NCBI GenBank assembly: GCA_049970055.1
Contig: JBMFNR010000004.1
Location: 32,001 to 96,000 of the forward strand
Reading direction: 5' to 3'
Source of the DNA: Fervidobacterium sp.
GTDB lineage: Bacteria; Thermotogota; Thermotogae; Thermotogales; Fervidobacteriaceae
Length of the DNA: 64,000 nucleotides
Shown: positions 33,217-42,470 of the stretch, piece by piece
Layout: the number at the start of each line of letters is the position of its first letter
Position numbering within the stretch: position 1 is the first letter of the stretch
Program-made: the position numbers and the translations under genes
The notes under the pieces: generated by a model
The model's database searches: none
Seen by the model: the letters and a program-made list of their open reading frames with translations, nothing else
What the model was told of the DNA's origin: nothing

Positions 33217-33897
33217 ATGCGAGGATTCCTTTCTGAGAATTGGTTAGCAAAAATAATAATAATACCGTAACTGGTTATAGGAGTAGTAGTGTTCTGGCTC
33301 GTATTTCAGCCCAAAGACGATTATCAGTGGATAACAGCTGGGGGAGTTAAAATACAATCCGTGCCCAAAGATGCAAAAATTGTTTACGTTAATGACACTA
33401 TGGCAAATCATGTGAAGGAAATATATACGAAAGGAAAATTAATTGCCTTTCGCGGGCAATCAATCGGTGGTTGGTTTGATACTGTTAAAGCACGTGAAAA
33501 AGCTAAATTAAATGCCTTAAAAGAGCTCTCTGAATATTTCAATATAAAAGTGAGTAATTTCGAACAGTTGGTTGAAGGACAAATCCAAAGTATATCGGTT
33601 AATACTAACAAGGAACAATTACTTAGCGCGGCACTTAAGGCTTATAAATCAGTTACACAGACTTTTTCAAGTGGTGAATTTGCAGGAGCTTACGTTTATG
33701 CGGTTTGGGAGGGGTACATCGGGAGTGTTGTTTATACAAGTGTTCTATTAGTGTTTGATCCAGAAGGCGCAGTTGAACTTACTAAAAGTATGGTCATGTT
33801 TAACGAAGAAGTAGCTAAGAAAATAGAAGAACTTGGACGAAATGGTGTTGATTTCTTCAAAGCTCTTAACGCCGTAATAGAGGAAGCAAGGAAATAG
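33217..33897 (+). pseudogene. Membrane-anchored LPP20-like domain protein, paralog D (nonsense in TM anchor)
   Basis: ATG 33217 after GGAGG gives MRGFLSENWLAKIIIIP*LVIGVVVFWLVFQPKDD; TAA at 33268-33270 is in frame with ORF 33289. Confidence 0.78.
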
Positions 33898-33906
33898 CAA
33901 TTAAAA

Positions 33907-33944
33907 CAAATGGGTGGTAAGATTACTTACCACCCATTTATTTT
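33907..33944. terminator. Bidirectional terminator
   Basis: AAATGGGTGGTAAG-ATTA-CTTACCACCCATTT between convergent genes. Confidence 0.85.
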
Positions 33945-33951
33945 GAAAAGA

Positions 33952-34842
33952 TTATTTAACAAGCGGTTGTATGGGACCAAACGCACCTATTGGCCATACT
34001 CTTAGGATGGGCCTTCCAATAACCGCGCATTTCGGTACAAATCCGAAATATCTGCTATCCAAACTTTGTGGTGAGTTGTCGCCCATGAAGAAATAAAAAC
34101 CTTTTGGGACTTTGATATACACTTGGCCATTTTCCTCCCAAACATACTCTGAGATATTTATATTATTGGGCTCCAGATAACGAGTTACATAAACCGAATA
34201 ATCTATCCCGTACGGTACAGGTTCAAGTCCACCTAAAATACTGAAGACTATATTTGCCAATTCGTTGCCTTCTTTTTGGGCTAGTGTGAAAAGATAAGCT
34301 CTGTATTGATCCTTGTTATTTTTTAATTTACTTGCTTCAATCAAATAATTCCAAAGTTTTGGATATTTAAAAATCCCATCAGGTTCATAGTCGACGTTTT
34401 TCAAATGTTCAGGAACTTCGCCATTTACAAACAAATTCCATTTTCCATTAACTTGCTTAAGCGTAAGGATATCTCCTTCTTTTGCTACAAGTCTTTTAAC
34501 GTACTTTACAGAACCTTTGAATTCTTTCGGTGAAAATGCGTCCATGAACTTATCAAATGCACGAAGCATTTGTTGTGCACGTTCATCGGGGAAAGGAGTG
34601 TAAAAAACAACGATTTCGCCAATTTGTGGTTCTCTGGCAGAGTATGTTATTTTTTCAACAAAAAGCCGATCCCCCACATTGATTGTGGGGACCATTGAAG
34701 GTGTAGGTACGAGCATAGTTTCAAACACGTATAGCCTAATTATCGTGGCAGCAACGATAGCATATATAAGTGTTATGATTGTTTCACGAATTATTTTTTT
34801 ACTCTTATTTGTTCTTTCAAGTTTTTTATCTTTTGAGGGCAT
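33952..34842 (-). CDS. lepB: Signal peptidase I
   Basis: PSMVPT (Ser), YVKRL (Lys) and GDNSPQSLDSRYFG motifs; follows rplS. Confidence 0.93.
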   Translation of the reverse strand: MPSKDKKLERTNKSKKIIRETIITLIYAIVAATIIRLYVFETMLVPTPSMVPTINVGDRLFVEKITYSAREPQIGEIVVFYTPFPDERAQQMLRAFDKFMDAFSPKEFKGSVKYVKRLVAKEGDILTLKQVNGKWNLFVNGEVPEHLKNVDYEPDGIFKYPKLWNYLIEASKLKNNKDQYRAYLFTLAQKEGNELANIVFSILGGLEPVPYGIDYSVYVTRYLEPNNINISEYVWEENGQVYIKVPKGFYFFMGDNSPQSLDSRYFGFVPKCAVIGRPILRVWPIGAFGPIQPLVK

Positions 34843-34843
34843 T

Positions 34844-35191
34844 TTACTTCCTCTCCTTAATCTTCACCTTACCCTTAACATGTCTTAGATAGTACAATTT
34901 TGCCCTCCTCACCCTACCTCTTTTGACTACTTCGATTTTGTCAATCGTTGGAGCGTAAAGTGGGAATATTCTTTCAACACCAACACCGCCTGCTGCGATT
35001 CTCCTGACTGTGAATGTTTTCCCGATGCCGGAACCTCTTATCGATATAACAATACCTTCGTATGCTTGGATTCTTTCTTTGTCTCCTTCTTTAACTTTAA
35101 CGTGAACTCTTACTGTGTCGCCTGGTCTGAATTCCGTGACTTCTCTTAACTGAGATTTTTCAATGATCCTAACAATGTGGTCCATGCTCAT
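34844..35191 (-). CDS. rplS: 50S ribosomal protein L19
   Basis: [18 protein letters not shown] and RRAKLYYLR motifs. Confidence 0.97.
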   Translation of the reverse strand: MSMDHIVRIIEKSQLREVTEFRPGDTVRVHVKVKEGDKERIQAYEGIVISIRGSGIGKTFTVRRIAAGGVGVERIFPLYAPTIDKIEVVKRGRVRRAKLYYLRHVKGKVKIKERK

Positions 35192-35215
35192 ATGTATGCC
35201 CTCCTTTGACTAATT

Positions 35216-36517
<1,302 letters not shown>

Positions 36518-36521
<4 letters not shown>

Positions 36522-37051
36522 TCCAACCACTCCGGCATGCGTATGAAAATCTTCTTTCCTTCCTTATCAATCCCTACAATGTACCTTTCTATCACAGGTA
36601 TTAAGACTTCTTCTTTCCCATTTCTTACAACGATTACATCGTTGTTACCCGTTTCGATTATGTCTTCCACAATCCCAACGAAGTTTTGATTCTCATCGTA
36701 AACTTCACAAGCCAAAAGTTCAAAGAAATAATACTCGCCGTCTTTTGATTTTGGGAAAAATGTTTTATCAAGGTAAATTACGAAACCTTTCAGTTTTTCT
36801 GCTTCAGAGATTGTGTTGACACCCGACAAGTGTACTATGAAATAGTCGTTTGCCCTTTTCACCTTTTCGAATTTCACAACGACGAATTTTTTCTGCGATT
36901 CGCTGTAAGCAACAACCTCCGCTATTTTTCCAACAAGCTCAGGCATGTTTGAAAACAAGTAAAATTTCATGTCTCCGTTGAGTCCATGTGTGTTACTTAA
37001 TACTCCGTAGGGTACCTTGTCTTTTAGTAAATCTTCGATCTTTTTCATCAT
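36518..37051 (-). CDS. rimM: Ribosome maturation factor RimM
   Basis: THGLNG, GEYYFFEL and ETGNNDV motifs; operon context. Confidence 0.93.
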
Positions 37052-37063
37052 ATAAACCACCTT

Positions 37064-37288
37064 TTAACGCAGGACTTTCAGAATAAACTCAGAATCGTCA
37101 GATATGCTTGACAAAAGTATTTTGATGGATTTAATTGTTCTACCATCTTTTCCTATAACCTGTCCAACGTCGTCCGGATGAACCGAGATATCGAAAACCT
37201 TTTTTCCGTCCTCTTTGTATTCAACGACAACAACATCTTCAGGACGTTTTGCTATCGATTTGAGGACGTACTCAAGGAAGTCTTTCAC
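37064..37288 (-). CDS. khpA: KH-domain RNA-binding protein KhpA
   Basis: DVGQVIGKDGRTIKSI; lies between rpsP and rimM. Confidence 0.9.
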   Translation of the reverse strand: MKDFLEYVLKSIAKRPEDVVVVEYKEDGKKVFDISVHPDDVGQVIGKDGRTIKSIKILLSSISDDSEFILKVLR

Positions 37289-37300
37289 GTCCGCTCCTCC

Positions 37301-37570
37301 TCATTTCTTCGATTTTGCCGATTCTAATTTTTCGGAGATCCCAAGTTTGTTGAATAGTTTTGAAACAGTCTCGCTTGGTTGAGCGCCTTTGAGTATCCAT
37401 TCTGCCGCTTTGTCGAGGTCTACCTTTACTTCATAAGGCTCTTTCAATGGGTTGTAGTAACCTAAGCTTTCAATATAAGCGCCATCCCTCTTTTTCCTCT
37501 GGTCGACAACCACGATCCTGTAAAATGGTTGTTTCTTTTTTCCCATGCGTGTGAGTCTAATCCTAACCAC
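37301..37570 (-). CDS. rpsP: 30S ribosomal protein S16
   Basis: VRIRLTRMGKKKQPFYRIVV and GAQPSETV motifs; GTG start after GGAGG. Confidence 0.97.
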   Translation of the reverse strand: MVRIRLTRMGKKKQPFYRIVVVDQRKKRDGAYIESLGYYNPLKEPYEVKVDLDKAAEWILKGAQPSETVSKLFNKLGISEKLESAKSKK

Positions 37571-37594
37571 TAAGAACACCTCCTAAGTGTTTTT

Positions 37595-38899
37595 TTAGAA
37601 TTTTAAACCTTTCAAACCAAATGGCATTTTTCCTTTTTTGAACATTTTCATAAGTTTTTTCATTTCTTCGTATGATTTTAAAAGTTTGTTGATATCTTGG
37701 ACCGTCGTACCACTTCCCGATGCGATCCTTTTCTTTCTGCTTGCGTTTATTATCTCAGGATTATTTCTTTCTTCCGGAGTCATCGAGTTTATAATCGCTT
37801 CTATCCTTTTTAATTCTTTTTCACTTGTATCCAAATCAACTTGGGGAGAACCAGGTAAAGCTTCAATGATCTTATCAATTCCTAGCTTTTTTATCTCTTT
37901 GATTTGCTCTCTGAAATCTTCAAGTGTAAACTCCGCTCTCATAAACTTTTGACCCATTTTTTCCATCTTTTCTTTATCGAGTTCACGTTCAACTTTCTCT
38001 ATAAGTGAGAGCATATCACCAAGTCCGAGGATTCTATTCGCTATCCTATCCGGATAAAATTCATCGAAATCATCGATTTTTTCACCAACGCCAACAAACT
38101 TCACAGGCTTACCTGTTATGTATCTAATCGTCAAAATGACGCCACCACGGGAATCCCCGTCGAGTTTCGTTACAACGAAACCTGTTATTCCAAGCCTATC
38201 GTTAAAGACTTTTCCAGAATTTACAGCATCTTGACCTGCCATTGCATCGACAGTTAAAAGGATCTCATCTGGATTAGTCATTTTTTTAATCTCTTCGAGT
38301 TCCTGCATCATCTCTTCATCTATGTGAAGTCGACCCGCAGTGTCTAATACAACCACGTCGTATCCACTATCTTTGACTTGCTTCACAGCTTCTTCGACAA
38401 TTTTAATTGCATTTTTTCTATCACCGGTGATGACTGGAACATTTATCTTTTTCCCAAGTGTTTCGAGTTGATCAATCGCTGCTGGTCTGTACGTATCTGC
38501 GGCAACAAGTATAGGATGTTTGCCTTGCTTTTTCAAAAAATTTGCGATCTTAGCAGCGCTTGTTGTTTTACCAGTTCCTTGTAATCCGACCATCATTATA
38601 TACGCTGGCCTATGCGTTAACTTAAACGATTCCCTTTCCCCAAGTAACTTAACTAGTTCATCGCGTATAATTTTGATGAACATTTGGTCAGGTGTAAGTG
38701 ATTTTAAGACTTCTTCGCCTAAAGCTCTTTTTTTAACGTTTTCAATGAATTCTTTGACGACCTTATAATTAACATCAGCAGCTAAAAGCGCAGTTTTAAC
38801 TAACTGGATAGCCTCTTCTATATTTTTCTCTGTAATTTTTCCTTTTCCAGACAACACTTTGAACGCACTTGAAAGCTTGTCTTTTAGCCCTTCAAACAT
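37595..38899 (-). CDS. ffh: Signal recognition particle protein
   Basis: GLQGTGKTT, DTAGR and TKLDG motifs; M domain. Confidence 0.97.
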   Translation of the reverse strand: MFEGLKDKLSSAFKVLSGKGKITEKNIEEAIQLVKTALLAADVNYKVVKEFIENVKKRALGEEVLKSLTPDQMFIKIIRDELVKLLGERESFKLTHRPAYIMMVGLQGTGKTTSAAKIANFLKKQGKHPILVAADTYRPAAIDQLETLGKKINVPVITGDRKNAIKIVEEAVKQVKDSGYDVVVLDTAGRLHIDEEMMQELEEIKKMTNPDEILLTVDAMAGQDAVNSGKVFNDRLGITGFVVTKLDGDSRGGVILTIRYITGKPVKFVGVGEKIDDFDEFYPDRIANRILGLGDMLSLIEKVERELDKEKMEKMGQKFMRAEFTLEDFREQIKEIKKLGIDKIIEALPGSPQVDLDTSEKELKRIEAIINSMTPEERNNPEIINASRKKRIASGSGTTVQDINKLLKSYEEMKKLMKMFKKGKMPFGLKGLKF

Positions 38900-39195
38900 C
38901 TAATCACCTCGAAAAACCATCTATCACTACATGAAATAATACCATATGTTTCACTAAAATCAATTAACACACAAAGATGAAAGTAACAATGTAGAAACTA
39001 GTAAATTAATTCCATATTACGTAAAATAGGTGTGTTAACTTAACATATCTATTTTTGTTTACCATTTTGTAATATTAATTCTTAGTCACATTGCAAGACA
39101 GTTTATGTTGTACTAATCGTAAGATACTAGTTCGTAATTTTTTTAACTTGTGTTATAATAAACATGTTATAATGTAAAACGAGTAAACTGCTTAC

Positions 39196-40542
39196 ATGAA
39201 GCAAGCAATCGCAATTGGGGGGGTGTTGTTGCTTTACATAAATTTATACACATTCATAATAGGTGTATCAAAAGCGGCTTACGTAGCTCTTTTTAATTTG
39301 TACCTCAAGTCTTTGTCGTATGGGAATGTAGTTCTTGGAAATGCAACTTTGTATTATTCATTAGGGCTTGCCTTAGGTGGATTAACTTTTTCCACATTAT
39401 CAGACCATATAGGAAGAAAGAGAACACTAGTGATAACGATGCCTATATATTCCATAATAGGCTTAGTTAGGCTTATACATATGCCATATTTTGCTTTGTA
39501 TCTCACTTCTTTTTTATTTGGTCTTTTCGATACATCTGTTGTACTTCCCTCTATATCCGTTATTGAGGGTTCAGACGAAAATAATAGGCTTAAAAATTCG
39601 AATATAAATTTTGCTATAGTAATGATTACTGGAGTTTTAGGATACTTTGGTGCAGGACTTTTATCCGAAAAGATAGGTCTGCTAAACACCTTGAGATTGT
39701 CAATGATGCTGTCATTTTTTTCGATCGTTCCGTTGATACCTATAAAAAACGTGAAAGCTAGTTTAAAGAAACGCGTTATAAGTCTCACTTTGCCTCAGTT
39801 CATTATATACCTTTATTACATAATTTCCGGTTCTCTAGTTAGCTTGGCTGCTGGGGTGTTTATAAACTTTGGAAATGTGATATTTTTTGATCTTTTTTCA
39901 TTTTCGACTTCCATGATTACACTTGTTCTTTCTGTATCACAACTCTCAACAGCTGCAACATCCTTAGTTTCTCACAAAATTACTTCGAGGTATGGTTATA
40001 AATTGTCGCTCTTTTTGCTCTATAGTGCGGTAACAGTATTAATTTTCCTAATGCCAATTTTTATGATGAACTCTGTTGCGTTTACTGTGGCTTATATTTT
40101 GCGCTATGTACTCTTGAATATAACAACTCCAATCTACATGGTGTTTTGTCTTTCCTATCTACCAAAAACGTATTTAGCTACTTTCTCAGGATTTAGTTAC
40201 TTTATAAACAGTTTAATGAGAGCTTTTTCCGCTCAGATATTTACTCTTTTGTCAAAAAGCGGAACTACTAACTATTCTAAACTGTTCTTCATCACAGGAT
40301 TGTTTTATTTGTTTAATACTATCTTAACCATTATTGTTTTTGCACTAGTTTACATTTCAGGCAAGAAAAACATACAAATAAGCTTTGCATCTTTTGGTAC
40401 GTTCTTTAGCAAAGCATGGGGCAGAAATGGAAAGAGAGTAAAGTATAATTTATCACACAGTTCAAAGCAAAGATCAAAGTTTAAATCATCAAGCGTAAGT
40501 ATACACGTTCATAATTTCAGGCACAAACGGCCTGATAGATAA
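39196..40542 (+). CDS. MFS transporter with basic C-terminal tail
   Basis: LSDHIGRKR motif A; ~12 TM segments. Confidence 0.8.
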   Translation: MKQAIAIGGVLLLYINLYTFIIGVSKAAYVALFNLYLKSLSYGNVVLGNATLYYSLGLALGGLTFSTLSDHIGRKRTLVITMPIYSIIGLVRLIHMPYFALYLTSFLFGLFDTSVVLPSISVIEGSDENNRLKNSNINFAIVMITGVLGYFGAGLLSEKIGLLNTLRLSMMLSFFSIVPLIPIKNVKASLKKRVISLTLPQFIIYLYYIISGSLVSLAAGVFINFGNVIFFDLFSFSTSMITLVLSVSQLSTAATSLVSHKITSRYGYKLSLFLLYSAVTVLIFLMPIFMMNSVAFTVAYILRYVLLNITTPIYMVFCLSYLPKTYLATFSGFSYFINSLMRAFSAQIFTLLSKSGTTNYSKLFFITGLFYLFNTILTIIVFALVYISGKKNIQISFASFGTFFSKAWGRNGKRVKYNLSHSSKQRSKFKSSSVSIHVHNFRHKRPDR

Positions 40543-40566
40543 AAAAGGTGAAAATGTAAATCTTTG

Positions 40567-40575
40567 TGGTATAAT
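40567..40575 (+). promoter_or_regulatory. Extended -10 promoter for the slyD-pelF-DUF2194-RMD1 unit
   Basis: TGGTATAAT ~80 nt upstream of slyD. Confidence 0.5.
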
Positions 40576-40657
40576 AAGAATACTTAGGAACTTTTTCGTA
40601 TCACCATAAGATATGAAAAGTTTCTCGCAAATTCAGATAAAAAAGGATGTGAGTCAT

Positions 40658-41077
40658 ATGGGAATTAAGCAAGGTGACAAGGTTAAAGTTCACTACACTG
40701 GTATGTTTGAAGAAGGGCAAGTATTTGATACTTCGCTAAACAGGGGACCGCTTGAATTTATCATCGGAGCTGGTCAGGTAATACCAGGTTTCGAAGAAGA
40801 ACTCATTGGTATGGAAATAGGCGAAAAGAAAACTTTTACAATCCCTTTTGAGAAAGCTTACGGACCAGTAAGAGATGAGTTGAAGTTCTCAGTAGAACGT
40901 TCAAAGTTGCCAGATGATGTAGGTGTTGGTGACCTATTGGAAGTCCATCAACCCGATGGGAATTTCTTTGTAGTAAGGGTCGAGCAAATAAACGATGAAC
41001 TGGCAATACTTGACGCGAATCATCCCCTTGCAGGTAAGAATCTTGTTTTTCAAGTGGAGATCATAGAAATCAATTAA
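40658..41077 (+). CDS. slyD: FKBP-type peptidyl-prolyl isomerase (SlyD-like, no His tail)
   Basis: VKVHYTG, GQVIPGFE, EKAYG and DANHPLAGK motifs. Start ATG 40658. Confidence 0.88.
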   Translation: MGIKQGDKVKVHYTGMFEEGQVFDTSLNRGPLEFIIGAGQVIPGFEEELIGMEIGEKKTFTIPFEKAYGPVRDELKFSVERSKLPDDVGVGDLLEVHQPDGNFFVVRVEQINDELAILDANHPLAGKNLVFQVEIIEIN

Positions 41078-41081
41078 TGAT

Positions 41082-42470
41082 ATGAGAGTATGTATCGTAG
41101 TTGAAGGAACGTACCCTTATGTTACTGGAGGAGTTTCTTCTTGGATTCAAATGTTGATCGAAAATATGCCTGACATCGATTTTGACGTTGTTCACTTGGC
41201 TCCATGGCGGTGGACACGTCCTTTTGGTTATAAAATGCCTAGTAATTTGAAAAGGATATACGAATATCAACTATTTTCATCAGATTATGAGTTCTTTCCA
41301 GAAGTGAATACTAAGGAGATTATTAATAATATTAAGTACATGATTGATTTTCAAAAAGGTAACAGAGTCCAACATTTTAGAAAAATATTGCGACATATAG
41401 CTGGTAAGAAGATTGATCACTTACTGTTAACAAAAGAGTTTTGGGATTTAATACAATATGTCTATTCACGCCATTTTTTGACTGAAGGTTTTACCGGTTT
41501 TTACTGGACTGTGATAGGTTTTATTATACCCATTTTTGGCGCCCTCCAATCGATTCCTCCAAAAGCTGACATTTATCATTCCACTACGACTGGTTATGCT
41601 TCTTTAAGCGCATTAATGGGAAAGTACGTCAATAATGGAAAATTGATAGTCACAGAACATGGTATATATCACAGGGAAAGGGAAATCGAAATAATGAAAT
41701 CTAAAACAATTGCTGAAATTTACAAAGAGGCTTGGATAAGTATATTTAAGATGATAAGTGAGCTTGCCTATGAAGAGTGTGATTATCTTACAACATTGTT
41801 TGAAAAAAATCAATTATTCCAGCTGGAGTTAAATGCCGATCTCGAAAAAATGTTAGTAATACCCAATGGAATAAATGTTGAGAAGTTTGGAGCGTTGAAA
41901 AAAATTGAGCATGATACATTTAACATAGGAGTAGTAGGAAGAGTCGTTCCCATAAAGGATATTTTAACAGCAATAAAAGCATTTGATATTGTGGTGAAGG
42001 AAATCCCAAATTCGAGGCTTTATGTAGTAGGTCCAACTGATGAAGACGAAGAGTACTTCAAAAGGTGCATTAATCTGGTTGATATTTTGAATTTAAAAGA
42101 TAAGGTCATATTTACTGGGAAAGTAAACGTTCTTGAATATTACGGTATGTTCGATTTAATTTTGCTTAGCAGTATCTCTGAAGGTCAGCCACTGGTTCAA
42201 TTAGAAGCTATGGCATGTGGAATACCGTTAGTGGTGACGAATGTCGGTAATTGTCCGGAAATAGCACTTGATCCGGATGGGCAATCTGGTTTCGTTGTTG
42301 AACCTAAAGACTACATCTCGATGAGCGAAAAAATTATCCTTCTTGCCAAAGACCGAGATCTGTGGCATACATTCTCAGAAAATGGTAAACGCGTCGTTAA
42401 TGAGAAATATACCCTTGAGCAAATGATCAATTCTTACCGCCGTCTTTATGAAGAGGTGCTTAAGAAATGA
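41082..42470 (+). CDS. pelF: GT4 glycosyltransferase PelF
   Basis: EGTYPYVTGGVSSW, TGYA, TEHGIYHRER, GRVVPIKD and SISEGQPL motifs characteristic of PelF. Confidence 0.85.
   Translation: MRVCIVVEGTYPYVTGGVSSWIQMLIENMPDIDFDVVHLAPWRWTRPFGYKMPSNLKRIYEYQLFSSDYEFFPEVNTKEIINNIKYMIDFQKGNRVQHFRKILRHIAGKKIDHLLLTKEFWDLIQYVYSRHFLTEGFTGFYWTVIGFIIPIFGALQSIPPKADIYHSTTTGYASLSALMGKYVNNGKLIVTEHGIYHREREIEIMKSKTIAEIYKEAWISIFKMISELAYEECDYLTTLFEKNQLFQLELNADLEKMLVIPNGINVEKFGALKKIEHDTFNIGVVGRVVPIKDILTAIKAFDIVVKEIPNSRLYVVGPTDEDEEYFKRCINLVDILNLKDKVIFTGKVNVLEYYGMFDLILLSSISEGQPLVQLEAMACGIPLVVTNVGNCPEIALDPDGQSGFVVEPKDYISMSEKIILLAKDRDLWHTFSENGKRVVNEKYTLEQMINSYRRLYEEVLKK

Noticed and set aside
28597..33897. Phase variation, diversity-generating retroelement or mobile island
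   Set aside because: No long homopolymer tracts at most lesions, and no reverse transcriptase, integrase, transposase or att repeats; paralogs are diverged at the DNA level.
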